A stretch of DNA of 64,000 bases from Patescibacteria group bacterium (GCA_041650995.1 JBAZJZ010000003.1:22662-86661), one strand, 5' to 3'; counted from the first letter of the stretch, positions 28,601 to 36,463 are shown. A program made the numbers and translations. Notes: generated by a model not told the origin, from the letters alone.

Positions 28601-28697
28601 ACTCTCCAACGCCGACATTGAACATTATCAAAAAATTGTTGTGGCGTTGGTGGAGACGGATAAACTTATGAGAGGAATTGATAAAGTTAATAAATAA
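25647..28697 (+). CDS. Type IIG restriction enzyme / N6-adenine DNA methyltransferase fusion (MmeI-like)
   Basis: N-terminal PD-(D/E)xK-like GAPDFVF...AEAKD. Gamma-class MTase motif I ILDPATGTGTFL and motif IV VVLGNPPYN. Long C-terminal target-recognition region. 1016 aa. Confidence 0.7.
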   Translation: MNGQFVKEFVSTISEKYKTGQAKEMAYRPALEKLFQDITGLNVINDPKRSEYGAPDFVFIKGKIAAAYAEAKDLGVSLDETEKGEQMARYFGYPNLILTNCLEFRFFRNGEKYETVKIAEIKNSEIASVEDSFNLLEDTLLAFIKEAKEPIKSGVVLAKVMAGQARRIRDNIKKYLKEGDEKKNESLIAVYNTIKKLLLADLDHEKFADMYAQTVVYGLFAARYHDKTADTFSRGEARDLVPKSNPFLRKFFDHIAGEDFDERVEFIVNELCEEFKHADIQAIVHDYYKVEKDDSRDPIVHFYEDFLQEYDAAERKKMGVFYTPLPVVCFIVRAIDDVLKKEFGLNGLADTSRTEIKGLQGMKAKQSVHKVQILDPATGTGTFLNEVILQIKKSFVGQEGRWSSYVRDDLLPRLHGFEIMMAPYTIAHLKLSTLLKETGVDIKDERIEIYLTNSLEKADKYDDTLFAGLGFDKAITEESRLAGKVKNDLPIMVVLGNPPYNVSSQNKGEWIGELIKDYKKDLDERNIQPLSDDYIKFIRFAQYLVDKNGEGIIGMITNNSYIDGITHRQMRKNLLETFDSIYILDLHGNAKKKETAPDGSVDQNVFSIMQGVSIALFVKKAGKKKSLGTVYHAELFGKQKDKYEALNNFDFEKMKWNKIDCKDPYYFFVPKDFRAEDEYKEGISVTNLFQKWASGVATAKDDLIIKFSVDEIKELRASFSRYSDQEIAQKYQVDQKKVVQVRKDMDNVIGEYTPILYRPFDTRYTLYSPNSEGVFQRPRPEIMKHLLKDNLAILTCKQQTSFDFQHVFLSATITDRCGVSLQTGEVGYVFPLYLYADDGSKIPNLKKEIVAEIEKIVGKVTPENVLDYIYAVLHSPSYREKYKEFLKIDFPRVPYPKNEKRFFALAKLGEELRHLHLLESSKVEKFITTYPEAGDNLVEKVVYKDGKVYINASQYFGGVPEIAWNFSIGGYQPAQKWLKDRKGRKLSNADIEHYQKIVVALVETDKLMRGIDKVNK

Positions 28698-28715
28698 TTT
28701 TTTAAAAGTTATTAT

Positions 28716-29549
28716 ATGTGGAGGGTTAAACCGCATACAAGAGAAAAATTGGAATATTTCAGAAAGTATATCGAAGCATATACAACCGCAACTAAAAAAC
28801 TACCTTTGAAATATTATATTGATGCTTTCGCCGGAACAGGAAAGTGTGTCCTCTGCGGTGAAAAATGCAGTTCGGAGGGGTGGTCAAGATGTGAAAAGTG
28901 TGGCAGAGGTAATTTAATTGATGGATCGGCATTGATTTCCTTAAAAATAAAAAATAAATTTAATGGTTATTTATTTGTTGAGCTAAATAAAAAAAGTTTT
29001 AAAATTTTGAATAATTTAGTGATTTCTGAAAAAAGTAATGTCTCTCCATCCATTTCAGTGAAAACACGCAATGATGATTCGAATAAACTACTAAAAGATT
29101 TGTATAAATATATACCTTCTCGGGCTGGCTGTTTGGTATTTCTAGATCCGAAGGGCGCCGAGCTTTATTGGGAAACCGTTGTCTCCTTATCAAAGATTAG
29201 AAAAGTAGACATCCTCATTTTGTATCCTTATGACATGTCTCTTGTAAGATTAATCAGAGATTATCCAAAAAAATTAGATCTTTTTTATGGCTCTACGGAT
29301 TGGTCGAATGTTTATAACTCGAAAGATAATTATAATGAGAAGAGAAGGAAAGAAGCGTTATTAAGTTTTTATAGGGAAAATTTAAAAAAATTAGGATTTG
29401 AGTACGTTGTCTATAAACAGATAAGAAGAAATTTAAGATCTGGCAAGGCTCTTTATCATTTAATTTTGGTGACACATAGCTCCATCGGCAAAAAAATTAT
29501 GGAGAATATCTTTGATAAAGAGATAGATGGGCAGACAAAGCTTTGCTAG
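28716..29549 (+). CDS. Protein with MTase motif-I-like DAFAGTG plus a CxxC-x9-CxxC zinc ribbon; resembles 'three-Cys-motif partner protein (TcmP)' annotations
   Basis: YYIDAFAGTGKCVLCGEKCSSEGWSRCEKCG. 277 aa, about 30-33% GC. The TcmP assignment is from memory of family descriptions, not verified. Confidence 0.4.
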   Translation: MWRVKPHTREKLEYFRKYIEAYTTATKKLPLKYYIDAFAGTGKCVLCGEKCSSEGWSRCEKCGRGNLIDGSALISLKIKNKFNGYLFVELNKKSFKILNNLVISEKSNVSPSISVKTRNDDSNKLLKDLYKYIPSRAGCLVFLDPKGAELYWETVVSLSKIRKVDILILYPYDMSLVRLIRDYPKKLDLFYGSTDWSNVYNSKDNYNEKRRKEALLSFYRENLKKLGFEYVVYKQIRRNLRSGKALYHLILVTHSSIGKKIMENIFDKEIDGQTKLC

Positions 29550-29576
29550 AGTGGTTTTTGTTGTTATAATATAAGT

Positions 29577-30443
29577 ATGAAAAAGGCGGGGGAGATACAA
29601 AGGAAATCGCTTTTGTATAAAAGCGGCGTGGAGTACGCCGACTATTGTATTAATCACGCCGAAGGCTGCTCACACGGTTGCAGGTTTCCTTGCTACGCCA
29701 TGATGATGAAAAAACGGTGCGGTGTGATAAATAGTTATGAAGATTGGATCAAGCCCAAAATAGTTGCGAACGCCTTGGAACTTTTGGATAAAGAAATTCC
29801 AAAATTGAAAGATAAAATTAAAGTTGTTCACCTTTGCTTCACAACTGATCCATTCATGTATAAGCAAAAAGAAATTTCCGATTTGACTTTGAAAATTATA
29901 AAGAGACTGAACGACGATAATATAAAGTGCACGGTACTGACAAAAGGTGTCTACCCCAAGGAATTAATTGACGTTGAAAAATACGGCGGAAATAATGAGT
30001 ATGCAATCACGCTCGTATCTTTGAATGAAGGATTTAAAAAAAGATTTGAGCCGGGAGCCGCGCCGTACGAAGATAGGGTAAAATCTTTAAAATATTTGCA
30101 TGACCATGGATTGAAAACCTGGGTAAGCATGGAGCCGTACCCAACGCCGAACTTAGTGGATCAGGATTTAAAGAAAGTTTTGGCAAAGATTAATTTTGTT
30201 GATAAAATTATTTTTGGGAAATTGAATTATAACATTAAGGTGACAGAATTTCAGGACAATAAAGATTTCTACGATGGTTGCGCAAAAATTGTTATAAATT
30301 TTTGTGAGAAAAATAATATTGGATATCACATTAAATACGGAACTCAGAAAAAAGACAACAAAAAAACGGAAAAAATTTTTCGAAAGGATTTTGTTTCCGA
30401 GAAACAGAGACGGGTTGATTGTTTAGAGCCAGTATATTTATAG
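29577..30443 (+). CDS. Radical-SAM-like protein with a non-canonical Cys cluster (C-x6-C-x3-C-x3-C; SplB/COG1533-like)
   Basis: CINHAEGCSHGCRFPCYAMM near the N-terminus, 288 aa, 28 nt downstream of the previous gene, same low GC. Confidence 0.45.
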   Translation: MKKAGEIQRKSLLYKSGVEYADYCINHAEGCSHGCRFPCYAMMMKKRCGVINSYEDWIKPKIVANALELLDKEIPKLKDKIKVVHLCFTTDPFMYKQKEISDLTLKIIKRLNDDNIKCTVLTKGVYPKELIDVEKYGGNNEYAITLVSLNEGFKKRFEPGAAPYEDRVKSLKYLHDHGLKTWVSMEPYPTPNLVDQDLKKVLAKINFVDKIIFGKLNYNIKVTEFQDNKDFYDGCAKIVINFCEKNNIGYHIKYGTQKKDNKKTEKIFRKDFVSEKQRRVDCLEPVYL

Positions 30444-30457
30444 AAAACAGATTTTTA

Positions 30458-30487
30458 AAAAAGTGGCCCTTGCCACTTTTTCTTTAC
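30458..30487 (+). terminator. Bidirectional hairpin terminator
   Basis: AAGTGGCccttGCCACTT flanked by A- and T-tracts on both sides. Confidence 0.5.
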
Positions 30488-30577
30488 CGCAGCTCAAATC
30501 TCAATGTTTGTGAAGAGTGGTCTTGAATTTAAAACAAAAAGCCCCTCAAAAAGCTGACGGGAATTTTACTCAATCAA

Positions 30578-30763
30578 CTAAATTGTGGAGTCCACAATAT
30601 CAGCCGACCAAGCAATCAATTTTACTCGACTAGCAGAATTAATAGAGGCTTGCTTTGAGGAGTAAGCCTCACTCGCAGCGACCTTCTCGCCGTTTATGGC
30701 TTGAAGGCGCCATCTATGATATCCAGCAGCGTCTTTGTAAATGACGAATCGAGGATTTGTCAT
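30578..30763 (-). CDS. DUF1508 (YegP/UPF0339) domain protein, 61 aa
   Basis: FVIYKDAAGYHRWRLQAINGEKVAASEAYSSKQASINS matches the YegP repeat consensus (F.lykd..G.fRfrL.a.NGe.ia.SegY.sK). Confidence 0.7.
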   Translation of the reverse strand: MTNPRFVIYKDAAGYHRWRLQAINGEKVAASEAYSSKQASINSASRVKLIAWSADIVDSTI

Positions 30764-31077
30764 ATTTGTTCCGTTTATTTTTATTTAATCTAGGGAGTCG
30801 ACCTTTACGCTGCTCCCTTCTTCAAAACCTGTTTAGATTCTGAAGGAGAGAGGTAAAGGTGACTTAATCTAGAAAGAAATAAAAGTCCCGGAATATCCCG
30901 CCAGCTTTTCAAAGAGCTTTAACAGTAATTTTATCAAGGATTATTTTAGGGGTCAATGGTTTATGAAAAAAATATTTTATCTCATAATTTTTTCCATCGT
31001 AATTTTGAGATCAGCCGGTTGGCGCAAAGCAAAAAATTGTCCTTAAAAAATTTAGAACATCACAGACATAATAAAAT

Positions 31078-31584
31078 ATGACTCTTGAACAAAAAATCGC
31101 CAAAGCATTTAGGATGGATGAGAAAACTCGTCAACGACATTCAAATCCCTGGAGCGTCTATTCGCGTTTTTCCATGATCCCGCTCCTTGGTTTGGCATTC
31201 TGGAGCAGGGTATGGCTCGGTTGGTGGTCACTCGCGCTGATTGCTGTTGTGCTTTTATGGGTTTGGACAAATCCTCGAATTTTTTCTGCGCCAAAAAGTA
31301 CTAACAATTGGGCATCTAAAATAGTGCTTGGCGAATGGGTTTGGATGAATCGAAAAAACGTACCTGTGCCGACACATCATCAATACGCGCCCAATATCCT
31401 TTCCGCAATCGGAGCGATTGGCGCAATCCCTTTTATCTGGGGCCTGTACGCGCTTGAAATATGGCCGGCGGTTTTTGGCGGCGTTGTTATTGTCATAAGT
31501 AAATTGTGGTTTGCGGACCGCATGGTATGGTTATATGAAGATATGAAAGACGCCACGCCAGAATACAAAAGTTGGCTTTATTGA
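31078..31584 (+). CDS. Trp-rich integral membrane protein (168 aa)
   Basis: 3-4 predicted TM segments. Shared 18-nt motif upstream. Confidence 0.4.
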   Translation: MTLEQKIAKAFRMDEKTRQRHSNPWSVYSRFSMIPLLGLAFWSRVWLGWWSLALIAVVLLWVWTNPRIFSAPKSTNNWASKIVLGEWVWMNRKNVPVPTHHQYAPNILSAIGAIGAIPFIWGLYALEIWPAVFGGVVIVISKLWFADRMVWLYEDMKDATPEYKSWLY

Positions 31585-31642
31585 TTAGTTTAGTGATGTT
31601 TTTTACCCTGCAAAATTGTCCTTAAAAATAATTTAAAAATCC

Positions 31643-32290
31643 ATGAATAAATCTTTTTCAATATTTATTACAATCATTATTATCTTTGTCTTTGCCGCAA
31701 TGGCGTATTGGTTTTTAAGCACACAAATTAATCTTTCCGAAGTAAATAACCCAATTACAAATCTTGTAAACAACGCAGCGCCTAGCGCGGTTTCCGGAAA
31801 TAATTTGAATCAAAATCAGCCGAGTGGTGAAAACGTTTTGGCCACTGATGATTTTTCTTTAACTTATCCGGCTGGCTGGCGGTCGGCTCCGGCAATAACT
31901 GGCGTGTCGGCTATGATTGTCAAGGAAAATGAAAACATTGCCGATCCCGAGGCCAAGAAAATGAATTTTCAAACTTATTTGGCTGTTGCCTATGATTCCT
32001 CTGAAGGGCAAACAAAAGACGAAGTTGTGGAATATTTGAAAAACGAGTTGCGCGCGGTAATTCCCGAAATAGTTTTTTCCCGCGAGAATTTTTTAACTGT
32101 AAATGGGCGCGAAGTCTACGCCACGGAAATAACTTTCCGTAAAAGCGGACTTGATTTTCATGTGCTGGAAGTTCTTGTTTGGGGAAAAGAAAATGACCTC
32201 TGGGTGCTTTCCTACAATACTCTGGAAGAATTGTGGCAAGGATATGTTTCTGATTTTGAAAAAATTACACAGTCGTTTATTGTGAAATAA
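31643..32290 (+). CDS. Secreted / membrane-anchored protein (215 aa)
   Basis: N-terminal signal or anchor, SFSIFITIIIIFVFAAMAYWFL. Confidence 0.4.
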   Translation: MNKSFSIFITIIIIFVFAAMAYWFLSTQINLSEVNNPITNLVNNAAPSAVSGNNLNQNQPSGENVLATDDFSLTYPAGWRSAPAITGVSAMIVKENENIADPEAKKMNFQTYLAVAYDSSEGQTKDEVVEYLKNELRAVIPEIVFSRENFLTVNGREVYATEITFRKSGLDFHVLEVLVWGKENDLWVLSYNTLEELWQGYVSDFEKITQSFIVK

Positions 32291-32301
32291 AATATAAAAA
32301 T

Positions 32302-32961
32302 ATGAACAAAACTTTACTTATCGTCGCCGTTCTTGTTTCAATCTTAATTATCGCCGGGCTTGTCGTGGGTATTTTTATTTTGCTTCCTAAAATTTTTGTC
32401 GCGCCGATATCCGCGCCGGTGGCTTGCACTCTTGAAGCTAAACTTTGTCCGGACGGAAGTTATGTCGGCCGAGTTTTGCCGAGCTGCGAATTCGCGCCGT
32501 GTCCCGATAAAATTTCATACGAAAGCGAGCCGCGTATAGAAAATAGTGAATGGAAAATTTGGAGTGATGGTGTGATAGAATTTAGTTATCCGGAAAAATT
32601 GACAGCGAAATACATTGATACTGTTGAATGGCCGCCGAAAGTGATGATCGCGACAGGCGAATTTTCTTGCGCGGAAACTCCGGCGGAAAGCAGCCTGCCG
32701 GAATTTGTGGCGCGGCGGATGGTGGATGACAGAGTTTATTGTGTGAGAGCGGTAAATGAAGCCGCGGCTGGCAGTGTTTACTCAACTTACACATATTCCA
32801 CCGCGCGCGAAGGAAACATTATTGTTTTGGATTTTATTTTGCGTTATCCGCAATGTTTAAATTATGATGATCCGCAAAAAAGTGAATGCCAAGCGGAGCG
32901 GGAAACATTTGATTTGGACAGCGTGGTAGACCGGATTGTGGAGACAGTGATAATTGAGTAA
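32302..32961 (+). CDS. Membrane-anchored extracytoplasmic Cys-containing protein (219 aa)
   Basis: N-terminal TM, 9 Cys in the exported part. Confidence 0.4.
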   Translation: MNKTLLIVAVLVSILIIAGLVVGIFILLPKIFVAPISAPVACTLEAKLCPDGSYVGRVLPSCEFAPCPDKISYESEPRIENSEWKIWSDGVIEFSYPEKLTAKYIDTVEWPPKVMIATGEFSCAETPAESSLPEFVARRMVDDRVYCVRAVNEAAAGSVYSTYTYSTAREGNIIVLDFILRYPQCLNYDDPQKSECQAERETFDLDSVVDRIVETVIIE

Positions 32962-33204
32962 TCGGTAATTAGTAATTGAAAAGCGGTCCGAGCGGCCGCT
33001 TTTTGGTTTATAAAATTTTTTGTGGTAAAATTATAAAATAAAAATAGTTTTAATTTTTAAATTTGGGAAATTATGAAAAAACTTTTTGAAGGAGGGACAA
33101 AAGGTCGAATAGATCCCGCAGCATTGCAGGACCGAATAGATCCCGCAGGATTGCGGGACAGGCTCTTTGAAAATTCCGCCTTTGGCGGGAAAGGAGAATG
33201 GAAA

Positions 33205-33798
33205 ATGAAGAAAGGGATCATGCTCGTGACGGCACTCGTTGGCGTGCTGGTTTTGGTCGGTTGGGGTTGCGGGAATTCCGCGGCGCCCACTGACACAAAC
33301 TCGGATATGAATGTTTCCGAGACTTCCTCAGACAGCGTGCCAGAAGTCACGTCCGACACGACCGGAGAAATTCCGGCCGGTTGGACAGAGTACAGGAACG
33401 AGCAGTGGGGGGTGAATTTCATTTACCCCGCGGGCTGGCAGTACCAAGAGTATAGCGAGACAGTTGAAGGCGAAGAGGTGGCGACCCTCGCTTTCTCAGA
33501 CCAGGAGTTGCCAGAAACTTTGCCGCCAGAACCTTTGTTTCCGATCATGGTTTTCCGCGACGCGAGGACCGTAGAAAGCGCAATGTCTGACTACACGGAG
33601 GCTGTTGCTGCGGAAGATATCACGCTCGGGAGTAGAGTAGTAAAAAAGATTATTTACTACTCTAATATTCTCGAACAGAACGACAGGGTCTATCTAATTC
33701 CTCTGCGTGATGGGATTTTGAAACTCTTTGTACCAGATAGTGCGAGTTACGTTTCCACGGCTGAAACCATGATTGCCAACCTTACTGAGACAGAGTAG
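33205..33798 (+). CDS. Putative lipoprotein (GC-rich)
   Basis: RBS AAGGAGA 7 nt upstream. Signal peptide with LVGWGC lipobox-like cysteine. The track ORF starts upstream at 33073. Confidence 0.45.
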   Translation: MKKGIMLVTALVGVLVLVGWGCGNSAAPTDTNSDMNVSETSSDSVPEVTSDTTGEIPAGWTEYRNEQWGVNFIYPAGWQYQEYSETVEGEEVATLAFSDQELPETLPPEPLFPIMVFRDARTVESAMSDYTEAVAAEDITLGSRVVKKIIYYSNILEQNDRVYLIPLRDGILKLFVPDSASYVSTAETMIANLTETE

Positions 33799-33808
33799 GA
33801 GACAGACA

Positions 33809-36388
33809 ATGGAAAAGTTCAAGATGGGCGCGCTGTGCCTGGTGTTGTGGTTTTTGTTGCCGCGCAATTCCGAGGCAGAAGAGTTTCTGTACCTGCCGAT
33901 TACCAGAACGCCGGTCATCACTTCAGGTTTCTGTGGTTACCGGACCGCGTCTGGCGCTTGCCATGGTGGTATTGACTATGACGTTCGCGACGACGGCGAT
34001 GGAATCTTCGCCGCAGCGGATGGCGTAGTTGAGGTTGCAGAAGATGGCTGGCTAAATACCTACCATGGGAGACGGGTGTATGGCAATTACGTACAAATAC
34101 TTCACGACAACGGCTATCGTACCATCTATGCCCACTTTAAAAGAGGCAGCCTGGAAGTCAGTGTGGGCGATGAGGTCAGTGTCGGTCAACTTTTAGGAAT
34201 TGGTGATAACTCTGGTTGGTCAACTGGCTCGCACCTGCACTTCGAAGTCCGCGATTCGAGCGGACGCAAGGTAGATCCTTACGGCGACAGCCCATCATAT
34301 CCAAACTGTGGCGCAAATCACCTTTGGGTAAATTGCCCACCAACAGTGTGGGTTGACGAGGACAGAGATGCCGACACATGGACAGTTGAAGAAGGCGACT
34401 GTGACGACACAAATCCCAACATCTATCCCGGCGCGGTAGAACGCTGCAACGGCGTGGATGACAATTGCGCGGATGGCGTGGACGAGGAACCAGCGGCGAG
34501 TTACGCTTGCCGCGACAGCGTGGACTGCACCATTGACGCCTGCATGGTTGGCGCGCACGTTTGTACCAACCGTCAAAATGACGCGGCTTGCGAAGACGGC
34601 GATCCCTGCACTACAAACCTCTGTATTATTCTGACCGGCTGTCGCGCGATTCCCAAGGACACGGACTTGGACGGTTTCGTGGATATTTCCTGCGGCGGCG
34701 ATGACTGCGACGATTCCAATATGGCCATCCGCCCTGATGCCGCGGAGAAGTGCAATAACATTGATGACGACTGCGACACGGAAACCGACGAAGACTGGCT
34801 GTTACTCGGAACCAGTTGTAATGTTGGCTTTGGCGAATGTCGGCGAAGCGGCATCTGGGTTTGCGAACCTCTGGAGCGCGCCACAGTCTGCGACGCCGAG
34901 TATATTTCTGGCACGCCGGAACTTTGCGACGGCCTGGACAATGATTGCGACACAGAGACTGACGAGGATTGGCCTGAGCTTGGCACGGCCTGCGGAATTT
35001 TCCCCTGCGACGGGACATATGTCTGTTCTCTTGGCGGCTCTGGTTCATACTGCAATGCCAGTCCTGGCATGCCTGAGACTTGCGACGGCCTGGACAATGA
35101 CTGCGATGGTGAAACCGATGAATCTCCGGCGGAATTTTCCTGCGGCGACGGAAATGACTGCACGGTTGATTCGTGCGTGCTTGGCGCATGCCGACATTTT
35201 TCGCGCGATCGCGACGGCGACACTCATGGCGACGACCTCTGTGGTGGTACCGATTGTAACGATCTTAACCCCGCGGTTTGGGAATACGCTTTCAGCGAAT
35301 CGCGGTTGACAAACTCGGCTGGAGATTCTAATTCCCCGGCCGTGGCGTGGACAGGTTCAGAACTTGGAATTGTTTGGGAAGATTGGCGGGCGGGCATTCC
35401 CAACGCGGAAATATACTTCGCCCGGGCAGACACTTCGCTCGCGAGAATTGGCGATGAAGTCAGAGTGACAAATGCCTCATGGGGATCGCGCGAACCGTCT
35501 CTGAGCTGGACTGGCTCAGAGTATGGTGTGGCTTGGTATGACCTTCGGGTTGACTCTCGTTCCGAAGTCTTCTTTACTCGGCTTGATTCTACTGGGCTGG
35601 AAATTGGCGATGATATCCAACTGACAGACCATTTTGCTCTTTCCGGCGCGAGTTATGAACTATCTCTCACCTGGACAGGAAGTGACTATGGCATTGTCTT
35701 TCAGGATAGCCGCCTTAGCTCAATGGATATTTTCTTCGTGCGGCTGGATTCCGGCGGGATAGCGATTGCTCCCGAAGCGCCTGCTATTTCAGACAGCGGA
35801 CCTGAGAGTTTTCCAGTTCTTGTTTGGACAGGGAGTCAATACGGTCTGGCTTACACTGTTTCAATCGACGGCTATCAGCAGATCTTCTTCGCGCGGTTTG
35901 ATTCTTCCGGTGTAAGAACAGGCGCCGTTACGAGAGTTGCCTCGTTTGATTCGGGCGGGAGATTCTACGCTGAAACAGTCGATCTCGTTTGGCAAGGCAG
36001 AGAGTTCGCTTTGGTCTGGACAAAGAACATGGCGAGCGGCGCGAGGGAGGTTTATTTCCGGAGATTGGACGCGGCTGGTGTACCACTTGCTCCTGAGGTT
36101 CTGGTTGCGACTAGTCCGGACATAATCTATCGCGTTGCCATCGCGTGGAATGGGAGAGAATACGGGGTTATTTGGCAAGAAAGTTCTGGCATGTTGGCCA
36201 ATGTTTACTTTGTCCGGCTAGCTGAAGCTGGCAGTAGGCTCGGTACGGTGATCCGGATTTCAAGTACTGCCAGAAATTCGGAAAAGGAAGTCGTGGTTTG
36301 GACCGGTCACGAGTACGTCATGGCCTGGTCGGACAATCGCGACAGCGATTGGGAGATCTACCTTGGTCGCGTCAGTTGCGGCTGGTAG
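33809..36388 (+). CDS. Secreted multidomain protein: M23 (LytM-type) peptidase, Cys-rich MopE-like repeats, and a 7-blade beta-propeller
   Basis: Signal peptide. M23 core HGGIDY...DG...GSHLHFEVRD. Seven copies of the C..DxDCDxxTDE motif. Seven WTGSEYGxxW...(F/Y)FxRLD repeats. 55-60% GC. Confidence 0.65.
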   Translation: MEKFKMGALCLVLWFLLPRNSEAEEFLYLPITRTPVITSGFCGYRTASGACHGGIDYDVRDDGDGIFAAADGVVEVAEDGWLNTYHGRRVYGNYVQILHDNGYRTIYAHFKRGSLEVSVGDEVSVGQLLGIGDNSGWSTGSHLHFEVRDSSGRKVDPYGDSPSYPNCGANHLWVNCPPTVWVDEDRDADTWTVEEGDCDDTNPNIYPGAVERCNGVDDNCADGVDEEPAASYACRDSVDCTIDACMVGAHVCTNRQNDAACEDGDPCTTNLCIILTGCRAIPKDTDLDGFVDISCGGDDCDDSNMAIRPDAAEKCNNIDDDCDTETDEDWLLLGTSCNVGFGECRRSGIWVCEPLERATVCDAEYISGTPELCDGLDNDCDTETDEDWPELGTACGIFPCDGTYVCSLGGSGSYCNASPGMPETCDGLDNDCDGETDESPAEFSCGDGNDCTVDSCVLGACRHFSRDRDGDTHGDDLCGGTDCNDLNPAVWEYAFSESRLTNSAGDSNSPAVAWTGSELGIVWEDWRAGIPNAEIYFARADTSLARIGDEVRVTNASWGSREPSLSWTGSEYGVAWYDLRVDSRSEVFFTRLDSTGLEIGDDIQLTDHFALSGASYELSLTWTGSDYGIVFQDSRLSSMDIFFVRLDSGGIAIAPEAPAISDSGPESFPVLVWTGSQYGLAYTVSIDGYQQIFFARFDSSGVRTGAVTRVASFDSGGRFYAETVDLVWQGREFALVWTKNMASGAREVYFRRLDAAGVPLAPEVLVATSPDIIYRVAIAWNGREYGVIWQESSGMLANVYFVRLAEAGSRLGTVIRISSTARNSEKEVVVWTGHEYVMAWSDNRDSDWEIYLGRVSCGW

Positions 36389-36416
36389 GCGACGGAGAAC
36401 AGCGAAGAGCCGAAAC

Positions 36417-36463
36417 AAAACCGTTTCTCGTTGAGGGAGGAGAGACGGTTTTTATTTTTGACT
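36417..36463 (+). terminator. Rho-independent terminator
   Basis: ACCGTTTCTCgttgagggaggaGAGAGACGGT followed by TTTTATTTTT. Confidence 0.5.

Noticed and set aside
30960-31040. Tiny signal-peptide-like ORF (MKKIFYLIIFSIVILRSAGWRKAKNCP, 26 aa) at about 30965-31045
   Set aside because: Too short and without an RBS. It overlaps the shared upstream motif region and is more likely non-coding.
34573-35433. Several long minus-strand and alternative-frame ORFs (34573..35223, 34626..35189, 34701..35309, 35224..35433)
   Set aside because: They fall inside the GC-rich M23/propeller gene. High GC suppresses stop codons in all frames. The Ser/Arg/Pro-rich translations have no motif, while the plus-strand frame carries clear domain repeats.
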